Origin: an uncultured bacterium
Lineage (GTDB): Bacteria; Planctomycetota; UBA1135; GCA-002686595
DNA: 64,000 nucleotides
Direction of reading: 5' to 3'
NCBI GenBank assembly: GCA_943787795.1
Contig: CALSNU010000001.1
Span: 256,001 to 320,000, forward strand
The position numbers were made by a program, and so were the translations under genes. Under the pieces are notes generated by a model. The model worked only from the letters and a program-made list of their open reading frames with translations. It ran no database searches and was not told the DNA's origin. Position 1 is the first letter of the stretch. Every line of letters begins with the position of its first letter. Shown piece after piece: positions 30,033 through 39,900 of this stretch.

Positions 30033-31436
30033 ATGCTGATCTGCACCGCCATGCTGAGCCTCGCCGGCGCGCTTCAGGGAGGCGCCGCTCCTGACGTTCA
30101 AGCGTCCCTCGGGCCGGTGACGGGCCACCGCTTCCTCACCCTCGCCACGGTCGTGCGGGTCGACCAGATCGAGGTCACCCGCGACCTCTCCCACGGGCCG
30201 GACGAGTCGGCCATCCACGGGCCGGAGGAGGCGCGGGTCTTCCGGGAGGCCATTGCGGAGAGCTGGCCCGGCGGGCGCATCACCTGGGCCTTCAGCTGGA
30301 AGGCCCTGCACGACGAGCGGCCGCGCTACCGCGAGCTGCGGCGGGTGGTGGTGGACTACCACGAGCGCCTGGGCGATGAGGTCACCTTCATCCCCGGCGC
30401 TTACTTCGTGAACATGTACAACACCCGCGCCCAGGCGAACCGGGACCTGCACGAGGGCCTGGGGAAGGTCTCGGAGATGGTGGGGGATGGCTACCGGCCG
30501 AAGGCGGTGATCGCGGGGTTCCTCGCGGCCGAGAACCAGCGCTTCCTGGCGGAGGAGGAGGGTATCCACGTGTGCCAGGGCACGATCTGGAGCCAGTACG
30601 CGGTGGACAACGGGGACGGCGAGGGGTCGATCGCCTACCCCTACTACCCCTCGCGCGAGCACTTCTGCAAGCCGGCGCGCACGGAGGAGAGTCGCATCGA
30701 CTGCGTGAACCTCGACGGCTGGACCATCGACCTGCTCTGCGCTCGCATCCCCGGCTCGAGGACGGTGAACGGTGAGTGGCACCGCAGCCGCATGGGCGTC
30801 GGCCCGATCGAGACGGTGCTCTGGCTCGGCACCCGCCAGGGGACGGAGCAGATGCTCCACACCACCGCCGCCCACTTCGATCGCGGGTTCGAGCTGAACG
30901 GCTTCGGCTGGATCACCTGCACCTGGGAGCTCGGGTTGGTGGAGGGCCGGAAGATCTACGGCTACCAGGGCCGCAACGGCATGGAGGGGCTGCGCATCTG
31001 GCTGAGCGAGACCCGCAGGCGCTGGCCCGGGGCGCAGCTCGTCACCCACGGCGAGTTCGGGCTGCGGTGGCGCGAGGAGTTCAAGAGCAACGCCGAGCTG
31101 GACTACCGCTTCGAGCAGGAGGGATCAGGCATCCGCGGGTCGGTGGCAGGGGAGGAGGTGCGCTGGTTCATGAACCGCGACTTCCGCCTCGGCCTCCAGC
31201 GCAAGGACGGCGGCCCCGAGGAGATCATGGACTTCACCCGCTACGACCTCCCGGCCAAGGAGCCCGCCGACCCCACTCCCGGCGAGCCCACGCGCAACTG
31301 GAGCCTGATGAACCGGCTCAACCAAAAGGGCGTGCGCCCCCAGGACCGGCCGATCGCGCCGTCCGCGCTCACCGCGGAGGAGCGGCGGCTCATCGACGGT
31401 CACTACCCCGAGCTCTTCAAGGGCTCGGGGGAGTGA
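30033..31436 (+). CDS. DUF3863-like secreted protein (deacetylase/glycoside hydrolase-type barrel)
   Basis: Signal peptide; RFLT..VVRV.QIE, ITWAFSW, IWSQYAVD..DGEG..YPYYPS, CVNLDGWT. Family is recalled, not searched. Confidence 0.7.
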   Translation: MLICTAMLSLAGALQGGAAPDVQASLGPVTGHRFLTLATVVRVDQIEVTRDLSHGPDESAIHGPEEARVFREAIAESWPGGRITWAFSWKALHDERPRYRELRRVVVDYHERLGDEVTFIPGAYFVNMYNTRAQANRDLHEGLGKVSEMVGDGYRPKAVIAGFLAAENQRFLAEEEGIHVCQGTIWSQYAVDNGDGEGSIAYPYYPSREHFCKPARTEESRIDCVNLDGWTIDLLCARIPGSRTVNGEWHRSRMGVGPIETVLWLGTRQGTEQMLHTTAAHFDRGFELNGFGWITCTWELGLVEGRKIYGYQGRNGMEGLRIWLSETRRRWPGAQLVTHGEFGLRWREEFKSNAELDYRFEQEGSGIRGSVAGEEVRWFMNRDFRLGLQRKDGGPEEIMDFTRYDLPAKEPADPTPGEPTRNWSLMNRLNQKGVRPQDRPIAPSALTAEERRLIDGHYPELFKGSGE

Positions 31437-31472
31437 ACGGCAGCGGCGTCGGCCGCCCTGGTCGGCGGGGCC

Positions 31473-32528
31473 TCAGCCGTCGGTCGGCTTCACGGACGGG
31501 ATCAGGCGGTAGCCCTCGTCCCGCACTCGCTTGGACGGCTTGTAGTGCCGGACGATCAGGTTGAAGGAGCCGGTCGGGTTGTCCGTCGGGATGTTGTTGA
31601 CCGCGTCGGCGCCGCACCCGAAGCGGATCGTGAAGGTGCCGTCGGCGTTCGGCGTGGCGGTGTTGGAATTCAGGCTGGCCAAGTCGCCGAACATGAAGCC
31701 CTTCTTGTCGTAGACGGTGAACGACCAGAAGGCGTCGTTGCCCGGGTCCTCGAAGGTGGCCTCGAAGCCCTCGCCGGTGGGGTAGTCGCCGGACATCTCG
31801 TAGATGTTGTCGACCCACTGCGCGCCGCCCCAGCCGCCAGCGGCGCCCGTCTGGTACTTCTCGTCGGTGTAGAGGGCGTTGGAGTCGTCGCGGGGGTCGG
31901 TGAACATGCCCCGGGTGGCGGTCACGCCCTCACGCTTCGCGATGGCGGGGAGCATCGCCTTGAGCTCGGTCTCGACCCGGTCGAAGGACTCGCGATGGAC
32001 GGGTTCGGCGGTGAACAGGTCGTTCGAGGCGGCCTCGATGACGATCTCGTCCTGGATCCGACTCGCCTCCTCCTCGGACAGCGTGGAGTCCAGTCGGACC
32101 AGGATGTAGAGGTGGGTGCCGGTGTGGGTGGACAGGTCGAAGGTGCCCGGGCCGTAGGTCATGGCCTGGATCCGGTGGTCCTCGGTCACCCCCTGGACGG
32201 ACACGTACTTGCCCTCCGGGATCTCCGGGATCGTGATCGTCGCGCCGCCGGAGACGTTCACGACCCCCATGGAGTAGTAGGTGTCCCGGTTCATGCGCAC
32301 CACGGTCTGCTCGTCGGTGGGGACGAGCTTGCGTCGGTGGTCCAGCTGGTTCACGCCGGAGGTCTCTTGCGCGATCAGGATCTGGCGAGACGTCTCGTGC
32401 GTGGGGTAGGTCGCCGCCGTGACGACCTCGCCGCCGTCGTCGACGAGGAAGGCGTCGACGGAGCTCTGCTGCGTCGCGCAGCTGAAGAGGAGGAGGGGCA
32501 GTAGAGAGGCTTGGAGGAGCTGGCGCAT
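31473..32528 (-). CDS. DUF1254/DUF1214 lipoprotein
   Basis: LFSC lipobox, VVRMNRDTYYS, AGGWGG, FWSFTVYD, NADGTFTIRFGC, VRHYKP. Confidence 0.85.
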   Translation of the reverse strand: MRQLLQASLLPLLLFSCATQQSSVDAFLVDDGGEVVTAATYPTHETSRQILIAQETSGVNQLDHRRKLVPTDEQTVVRMNRDTYYSMGVVNVSGGATITIPEIPEGKYVSVQGVTEDHRIQAMTYGPGTFDLSTHTGTHLYILVRLDSTLSEEEASRIQDEIVIEAASNDLFTAEPVHRESFDRVETELKAMLPAIAKREGVTATRGMFTDPRDDSNALYTDEKYQTGAAGGWGGAQWVDNIYEMSGDYPTGEGFEATFEDPGNDAFWSFTVYDKKGFMFGDLASLNSNTATPNADGTFTIRFGCGADAVNNIPTDNPTGSFNLIVRHYKPSKRVRDEGYRLIPSVKPTDG

Positions 32529-32684
32529 GGCTTGGAGCGAGCGTCTGTCGATTCGAGGGTTGGGAGGGGGAGGAGAGCGAGGGATTCTTGCGGGCCGACC
32601 CTCGCCGGGCTAGTGCGGCTCAGCTCAATACCTGCGGAGATGGGCCAGGAATACCCCCAACGCGGGCTCCACCCGGCGTCGCTC

Positions 32685-32760
32685 CCCCTCGGCTGGCGAC
32701 AGGCCCCTCGGTCGGCGACAGGCCCTTCGGTCGGCAACAGGCCCCTCGGCTGGCGACAGG
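32685..32760 (+). repeat. intergenic tandem repeat, 4 x 19 bp CCCCTCGG(CT/TC)GGCGACAGG
   Basis: Units start at 32685, 32704, 32723 and 32742, with few substitutions. Confidence 0.9.
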
Positions 32761-32821
32761 TGCAGCCCGACGACGCCGCCCCGGGACAAGGTCAAGGATG
32801 GGGACCGCTCCCTGGCTCAGC

Positions 32822-33555
32822 TCACCGGAAGGTGAGCTCCAGACGGCTCGTGAAGTTCGAGGTGACCTGGCCGGCCGCGGTGTCACGGAACCAGGCCTGG
32901 AAGCTCCAGGTGTCGCCCGGTTGGATCTGCACGAGGCCCGTGGGCGTGGGCTGCTCGGCCAGGTCGAGGGCGAGGGAGAAGGTGCCATCGGTCCCGGAGT
33001 CTTGGAGCTGACCGGGGCCGACGAAGCGGCCGATCGAGCCGCCGAGGCAGAGCACGCCCTGGCTACCACCCGGATGCGGGGCGAATCCCTGGGTCCGGGA
33101 GATGAGGAAGGAGCCGACGCTGTTCTGCGGCAGATCCGCGGCCCGGAGCGTGACGCGGTTGACCGTCACGTCGAGGCTCCCCGTGGCCGTCGCCACGCCC
33201 GAGAGCCCGTGGAATTGGGGACTGCAGGGCCGCAAGAGGCCACTCCTCGTTGGCCCATCAGGTTCTCGTACCAGGCGATCTTGCCGTCGTGCCAGCTGGC
33301 GGAGAGCACGTCCGCGTCGCCGTCTCCATCAAGGTCAGCGTCGTGGATCGATCGGACGTAATGAACGGTCGTCGTGATCTCGAGCTGGGGCCCGAAGGAC
33401 TGCGCCGCAGCAGGCGAGGCGAGGGCGGCGGCGCCGACGTCTCCCGGCAACTTCCATGAACGTCCCTGCGGTCCCAGCCGCCGATCGAGGTGAGAGGGCG
33501 GTCGATGAGCGCGGGTCGGTCCTCGAGGGATCCACGGGGCGGTGCCGAAGGACAT
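32822..33555 (-). pseudogene. remnant of a secreted FG-GAP/VCBS-repeat protein with the conserved C-terminal domain
   Basis: ALASPAAAQ signal end, one FG-GAP-type repeat (ADLDGDGDADVLSASW.D.KIAWYEN), then CGPAVPNSTG, a 1-nt deletion near 33207, and the rest of the domain ending WFRD..SNFT..LTFR. Confidence 0.7.
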
Positions 33556-33587
33556 GAGCCCCTCCGCGACCGTGGCCCAGAGCCTCT

Positions 33588-34511
33588 TCAGGGAGCCTTC
33601 GCCTCGGAGGGTGCTGGTCGCGGCCCGAGGGTGACGGTCACGGGGTAGTGGTCGGAGACCTCCTCGAGGACGCCGCCCTGGGGCATGGTCGCGGCGGTGG
33701 CGCGGGCCATGGCGGCGGGGGAGAGGAGGATGAAGTCGATGCGCTCGAGGAAGCCGGCCTGGGCCTCGGGGGTCTTCGAGTGGCCGAGCACGCGGCTGGG
33801 GAAGGTGCCGCCCGAGGTCGCCTCCTCGCCCAGCACCCGATACGCGGCGTCGGCGACCCCGGCCTCGGCGAAGCGGGCGAGCACGCCGTAGTCGAAGGTG
33901 CGCTGGTCGATCAGGTTCTTGCCGCCCGCGCGCCGCTCCCGCAGCGGGGTCTGCCCGTCCAGGTGGGCGCAGTCGAGGGGATGGTGGGCGTTGAAGTCGC
34001 CGAGCACCACGACCTCGCGGCCCGCTGCGGTGAGGCGCCGGATCAGGGGCGCGAGCACGGCCACCTCCCTGCGGCGGAAGGCCCAGTCGCCGGGGTGCAG
34101 GTGGACCACCACCACGTCGAGTCCGGCGGTGCGGGCGTGCAGGTAGCCGTGGTGCATGCCCTCGAGCCGTCGCTCGATGACCTCGATCGGGGTGCGTGAG
34201 GTGAGCGCTACGGGGTAGCCCGACTCCTTGGCCATCACCGCGTGCCCATGACCCCAGGCGCGCGCGGTCTCCAGGAGCCGCTCCTTGGTGAAGCCGTTGA
34301 CCTCCTGGAGGGCGACGACGTCCGGGGCCTGGGCCTCGAGCCAGCCCTGGGCCGCCTTCACCTGGGTCCGATCCAGGAAGCCGCGCAGGACGTTCCAGGT
34401 GATCACGTGGGTGCTCCCGGGTTTCCGCGCCGTGGCCTCGTCAGGCTGGAGCGCCGCGGCGAGGGTGAGGGGGAGCAGGGCGAGCAGGGCGAGCGGCTGG
34501 GGTCGAAGCAT
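33588..34511 (-). CDS. secreted endonuclease/exonuclease/phosphatase (EEP) family protein
   Basis: ITWNV, DVVALQEV, VLGDFN, RIDFIL, SDHYPV; signal peptide. Confidence 0.9.
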   Translation of the reverse strand: MLRPQPLALLALLPLTLAAALQPDEATARKPGSTHVITWNVLRGFLDRTQVKAAQGWLEAQAPDVVALQEVNGFTKERLLETARAWGHGHAVMAKESGYPVALTSRTPIEVIERRLEGMHHGYLHARTAGLDVVVVHLHPGDWAFRRREVAVLAPLIRRLTAAGREVVVLGDFNAHHPLDCAHLDGQTPLRERRAGGKNLIDQRTFDYGVLARFAEAGVADAAYRVLGEEATSGGTFPSRVLGHSKTPEAQAGFLERIDFILLSPAAMARATAATMPQGGVLEEVSDHYPVTVTLGPRPAPSEAKAP

Positions 34512-34623
34512 GCCCCAAGGCTAGGGCGCAGGTGGAGGCCCGGGCGCGCCTCTTCCCCAAGATGGGTCCGGGGGCCCGGGCGAGGAAGGGGCCGCTAGGA
34601 TGCGGGCCCCCTGGGGGATCGCC

Positions 34624-35049
34624 ATGAAGGAGACCGAGCTCGATGAAGACCTGGTGGGGGCCTACCGGGCGACCCTCTACGAGGTCTTCGGTGTCGAGGG
34701 CCTCACGCTCCGGATCGGCGCGGCCAGCGGGGAGCTCTCGAGGCTGATGGCCGAGCACGGGGCACGCTGCGCGGCGTTCGTGACGGCCTGCAACCCTCGG
34801 AGCCAGGCGCTCAGCGAGGAGGTCAACCGGGAGCGAGGCGCCACCCTCCTCGCGGACCTCGTCGCCGAGGGGCGCGTCTGCCTGGCGGGGCAGGGGCGCC
34901 ACCCGGACGGGGGCTGGCCGCCCGAACCGAGCCTCCTAGTGCTCGGCCTGGATCGCGTGGCCGCCAGCAAGCTCGGGCGCTGCTGGGACCAGAACGCCGT
35001 CGTCTGGGTGGGAGAGGACGCCACCCCCGAGCTGGTCCTGCTGCGCTGA
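34624..35049 (+). CDS. DUF3293-like protein
   Basis: AYRATLY, FVTACNPRS, W..EPS, WDQNAVVW. Start is 34624 or 34600. Confidence 0.8.
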   Translation: MKETELDEDLVGAYRATLYEVFGVEGLTLRIGAASGELSRLMAEHGARCAAFVTACNPRSQALSEEVNRERGATLLADLVAEGRVCLAGQGRHPDGGWPPEPSLLVLGLDRVAASKLGRCWDQNAVVWVGEDATPELVLLR

Positions 35050-35219
35050 CGAGTGGAAGGGGTGGGCCGGATCGGAGGAGTCCTCTCCGGGGGACCGGCC
35101 ATCCCGAACGTTCCGGGGCTTCCGCGCCTCGCCTTCGCCGGGCCGGGCGAACTCCGCAGGGTCAGCGGAGGCGATCCGCTACCATCCCCGAGGCAGCGCG
35201 CCTCGCCGCACCGCTCTCC

Positions 35220-35648
35220 ATGGCTTCCGAGTACAAGACGACCCGCCGCGTGGACTTCGCGGACACGGACATGGCGGGGATCGTGCACTTCGCCAACTTC
35301 TTCCGCTGGATGGAGTCGGTGGAGCACGAGTTCTTCCGCTCCTTCGGGGTGCGGGTGCACGAGGAGAAGGCCTTCGGCTTCGTCCGGGCGCACGCCTCGT
35401 GCGACTACCAGCGGCCGGCCCGCTACGACGACGAACTGCACGTGCGCCTCGTGGTGGAGAAGAAGACCACCAAGGCGCTGCACTACCGCTTCGAGTTCAG
35501 CGCGGCCCAGGAGCCCGGCGGCGCGCCGGAGCCCCTGGCGTCCGGTCGCCTCGAGGTGATCTGCGTGACCCGTGACACACCGGGCGGTCCGATCCGCTCG
35601 AACCCCATTCCCCCGTCCATTGCCGACCAGCTCGAGGTCGCGCCGTGA
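35220..35648 (+). CDS. acyl-CoA thioesterase (4HBT/YbgC hot-dog fold)
   Basis: RRVDFADTDMAGIVHFANFFRWME, CDY..PARYDD. Confidence 0.9.
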   Translation: MASEYKTTRRVDFADTDMAGIVHFANFFRWMESVEHEFFRSFGVRVHEEKAFGFVRAHASCDYQRPARYDDELHVRLVVEKKTTKALHYRFEFSAAQEPGGAPEPLASGRLEVICVTRDTPGGPIRSNPIPPSIADQLEVAP

Positions 35649-36244
35649 TTCACTCCGCTCTCTGTACCGCACTCCCTCTCATGCCCACCTCCAACGGCGC
35701 TGCCGGCGGCAGCAACCTGTGGCTCCTCTTCGCCCTCATGACCGTCGCCAGCTGGGGGCTCTACGGGATCTTCCTGCACATGGGCCAGATGGGGATGAAG
35801 GACCCGGTGAACGGCCGCTACAAGGCGTTCCTCATGGTCGGGGTCGCCTACGTCCTCGTGGCGGTGCTCGCGCCCGCGGCGATGATGATCATCAACGGCT
35901 CGGACTGGAAGATGCCCTTCGACGGCTGGACCCGCTCCCTGATCGCCGGCAGCGTCGGCGCCATCGGCGCCTTCTGCGTGCTGCTGGCCTTCGGGGCCAA
36001 GGGGCAGCCCGCGGTCGTCATGTCGATCATCTTCGCCGGCGCCCCGGTCGTGAACGCGGTGGTCGGCCTCTCCCTGCACCCGCCCAAGGGCGGCTTCAGC
36101 GGGATCTCCTGGCAGTTCTACGCGGGCATCCTGCTGGCGGCCTGCGGCGGCATGTTGGTCATGCTCTACAAGCCGGCGCCCGCGGCTGCGGCCCCGCCGG
36201 CCGCCGTCGAGCCCGCACCCTCCCAGGGCGCCGGGGGAGACTGA
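35645..36244 (+). CDS. small multi-pass membrane protein (EamA/DMT-like half)
   Basis: About five hydrophobic segments. GTGA overlap with the thioesterase stop; alternative ATG at 35681. Confidence 0.75.
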   Translation: MIHSALCTALPLMPTSNGAAGGSNLWLLFALMTVASWGLYGIFLHMGQMGMKDPVNGRYKAFLMVGVAYVLVAVLAPAAMMIINGSDWKMPFDGWTRSLIAGSVGAIGAFCVLLAFGAKGQPAVVMSIIFAGAPVVNAVVGLSLHPPKGGFSGISWQFYAGILLAACGGMLVMLYKPAPAAAAPPAAVEPAPSQGAGGD

Positions 36245-36247
36245 CCC

Positions 36248-36949
36248 GTGGGCGCTGACCCGCTGCTGCGACTGGAGGGCGTCACCAAGGCGTTCGGGGC
36301 CGGCTCCGGACAGACCGAGGTGCTGCGTGGCGTCGACCTCACCCTCGGCGCGGGCGCCAGCGTCGCGGTGGTCGGGCCCTCGGGCTGCGGCAAGAGCACC
36401 CTGCTCAACATCGCCGGCGCCCTCGAGCCGCCCACCTCAGGCCGCGTCCTCTTCGACGGCGAAGACCTGACGGCCCAGGGCCCCGACGCCCTCGCCGCGT
36501 TCCGGGCCGCCTCCCTGGGGTTTGTGTTCCAGCACCATCACCTGCTGCCCCAGCTCACGGCGGTCGAGAACGCCCTGCTCCCGGCGCTGGCGGAGCCCGG
36601 CGGCTCGACGCCGAGCGACCTCCGGGACCGAGCCGAGTCCCTCCTCGAACGGGTCGGGCTCGCGGATCGGATGGGCCATCGGCCTGGCGCCCTCTCCGGG
36701 GGAGAGCGCCAGCGCGTCGCCGTCGTGCGCGCCCTGGTCCTCGGCCCGCGACTGGTGCTCGCCGACGAGCCCACGGGCTCGTTGGACGAGGCGCACGCCG
36801 AGGGCCTCGGGGAGCTCCTCCTTGAACAGGTGACCGAGGAGGGCGCGGCCCTGCTGCTGGTGACTCACTCCGCCGCCCTCGCCGCCCGCGCGGCAGGGAC
36901 GGTGACGCTCCGCGAGGGGCGCGTGGTGGAGACCGCGCCGGCCCGCTGA
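36248..36949 (+). CDS. ABC transporter ATP-binding protein (LolD/MacB type)
   Basis: Walker A GPSGCGKS, GFVFQ, LSGGERQR, LADEPTG, H-loop VTHS. Confidence 0.95.
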   Translation: MGADPLLRLEGVTKAFGAGSGQTEVLRGVDLTLGAGASVAVVGPSGCGKSTLLNIAGALEPPTSGRVLFDGEDLTAQGPDALAAFRAASLGFVFQHHHLLPQLTAVENALLPALAEPGGSTPSDLRDRAESLLERVGLADRMGHRPGALSGGERQRVAVVRALVLGPRLVLADEPTGSLDEAHAEGLGELLLEQVTEEGAALLLVTHSAALAARAAGTVTLREGRVVETAPAR

Positions 36950-36954
36950 GCGCG

Positions 36955-39900
36955 ATGGGTCCGCTGCGCCTCCTCCTCGCCGGGCTCCGGCACCAGGCTC
37001 GTGTCCACCTCGGCGTGATGCTGGGGGCCGCGGTGGCCAGCGGCGTGCTGGTGGGCGCCCTGGCGGTGGGTGACTCGGTCCGCTTCACCCTGGGCCAGCG
37101 CGCCGCGGCGCGGGTGGGCGCGGTGGACGCGGCCATCGCGGGCGGCGACCGCTTCTTCCGCAGCGCCCTCGCGGATGAGCTCGCCGGGGGCGAGGCGGTG
37201 CGCGCGGCGGCGCCGATCGTGCAGTTGCCCGCGGTGGCGAGCACCCCCCGCGGAGACCGGCGCGTGCTGGACGCGCGGGTGCTCGGGGTGGACGCGCGCT
37301 TCCTGGCCCTCGCTCCCGGCGCGTCCGCCGCGCCCTCGGGGCCTGGACCCCGGGAGGCCTTCCTCGGCGCACCGCTCGCCGAGCGGCTCGGGGTGGCGGC
37401 CGGAGACACGGTGGTGCTGCGGGTGGAGCAGCCCAGCGCCGTCCCCCGGGACCTCGCCCTCTCGCCCGATGACAACACGGCGGCCCTGCGGGTCACCGTG
37501 AAGGAGATCCTCGACGACGCCCGCTTCGGCGCGTTTGCCCTCGACGCCTCACCGACGCCGCCGGCCAACGCGCTGGTGGACCTCGGCTGGCTTCAGGAGC
37601 AGCTGGAGCTCGAAAGCACCGCGAACCTCATGCTCTTGAGCCTCGAGGCGGATCGCCCCGACGGCATGGAGCGCGCCATGGAGCTCGCGACGGCGCGCCT
37701 CGCCGAGAGCTGGCAGCTGGCGGACGCTGCCCTCCAGGTGACCACCCTCGACTCAGGAGAGCGCGAGCTCTCGTCCACGCGTATCTTCCTCGATGAGCCG
37801 GTGGTGGAGCTCTTGGACGGGCTCGACGCGGCGCCGCTCACGGGCGTGTTCACCTACTTCGTGGACTGGCTCCGCGTAGGGGGCGCGCCGGAGGGGGCGG
37901 GCCTGCCGTACTCCATGGTCAGCGCGCTCGGCCCCATCGGAAGCGGCGGGGCGCCGCAGGGCGCGCTGCTCTCCCTGAGCCGCGGCATTCCCCGGGGCGG
38001 GCTGCGGCTCGGCTCCTGGGCGCTCGCGGACCTCGCGGCCAGCGGCGTCGAGCTCAGGGGGGGGAGCGAGGTCGAGCTCGAGTACCACGTGGTGGACGCC
38101 TCGCGGCGCCTGGTGACCCGCAAGCACACCTTCGCCTTCGCCGGCGCGGCGCCCGAGGTCCCCGACGCCCTCGGTGAGCTCGGCCCCCTCGAGGGGACCG
38201 TGGCGGGGGAGGAGCTGATGCCGGACTTCCCCGGCCTCGCCGACGCGGACAGCTGCCGCGAGTGGGAGCCGGGCACCCCGGTGGACCTCGACGCCATCCG
38301 GCCCCAGGACGAGCAGTACTGGGACGACTTTCGGGGGACGCCCAAGGCGTTCATGAACCTGGACGACGCACGCGAGCTGTGGGCCAGCCGCTTCGGCGCG
38401 CTCACCAGCGTGCGCTTCGACGCCGCGGACGAGGACGCGGTGCTGGCGGGCCTCCGCGCCGGGCTGGACCCCGCCCAGGTGGGCCTGTTCCTCGTGGACG
38501 TCGGCGGCGCGGCGCGCCGTTCGAGCGAGTCGCCCACCGACTTTGGCGGGCTGTTCATCGGGCTGTCCTTCTTCCTGATTGCGGCCGCCCTGCTGCTCAC
38601 CGCGCAGCTCTTCTACTTCGGCGTCGAGGCCCGGGAGCGGGAGCTGGGTCTCCTCGCGTCCCTCGGCTTCGCGCCGCGCCGGATCGTGCGGCTGCTGCTC
38701 GGGGAGGTGGCGCTGGTCGGCGGCGCCGGAGCGTTGCTGGGGATCCCCCTGGGGCTCGCGTACACCCGCGGCGTCCTGCGCGGCCTCGACGGGCTGTGGT
38801 CCGACGCGGTGGCGAGCCAGACCATCGACTTCCATGTGACCGGGGCCTCGGCCTTCGGCGGCGCGGCGGGTGCGCTCCTCGCGGTCCTCGCCGCGGCGTG
38901 GATCGGGCTGCGCCGGGCGGCGCGCCGCTCGCCCGCCCAGCTCCTCGCGAGCCGGCCCGGGGCCGAGCTCGCCTCCGCCGCACCGCGTCCCGGCCGGACC
39001 TACCTGGCGTCCGGCGGGCTGGCCGTCGCGGCCCTGGGGGCGGCGGTCACCGTGGACCCTTCCGCCGGGCCCGCGGCCTCGGGCGCCTTCTTCGGCGCCG
39101 GCGGCGCGCTGCTCGCGGCGGGGCTGCTCCTCGCCCGGCTCTGGTTGCGGGGGGAGAGAGGGCTCCGCGGGAAGCGCGGCGGCGCCGGCGACCCCCTCGG
39201 GAGCGTGTCGTCCCTGGGGGTCACCAACGCGACCCGCCGCGCGGGCCGCAGCCTCGGCACCGTGGCCCTGATGGCGATCGGCGCCTTCCTCGTGCTCAGC
39301 GTCGGGGTCAACCGCCTCGGGCCCCCCTCCGATACGACCCGCCGGGACTCGGGGACCGGGGGCTTCGCCTTCTACGGGCGCACGAGCCTGCCGCTGCTCC
39401 ACGACCTCGCCACGGTGGAGGGCCGCGACTTCTTCGGACTCACCGAGGAGGAGCTCGAGGGCGTTGAGCTGGTGCGCATGCGCGCGCGCGACGGCGACGA
39501 CGCGAGCTGTCTGAACCTCTCGCGCCCCGCGGCGCCGCCGCTGCTGGGCGTGGACCCTGGCGCGCTCGCCTCGCGCGGCGCCTTCGCCTTCGCGAAGGCC
39601 GAGGTGCACGACGACGGGTCGCCGTGGGACCTCCTGACGGGGACCTTCGAGGACGGCTCGATCCCCGCCATCGGCGACCAGGCGAGCCTGATGTGGCAGC
39701 TCAAGGTCGGGCTCGGGGACACCCTCGACTACGTGGACGAGCGCGGCCGAGCCTTCAGGGTGCGGATCGTGGGGGCGCTGGCGGACTCTGTCCTCCAGGG
39801 CGAGCTCGTCATCTCGACCGCAAACTTCGAGGCCCGCTACCCGAGCCAGGGCGGCTACCGCCGCTTCCTGGTGGACGCGCCTTCGGATCGCGCGGCGGAG

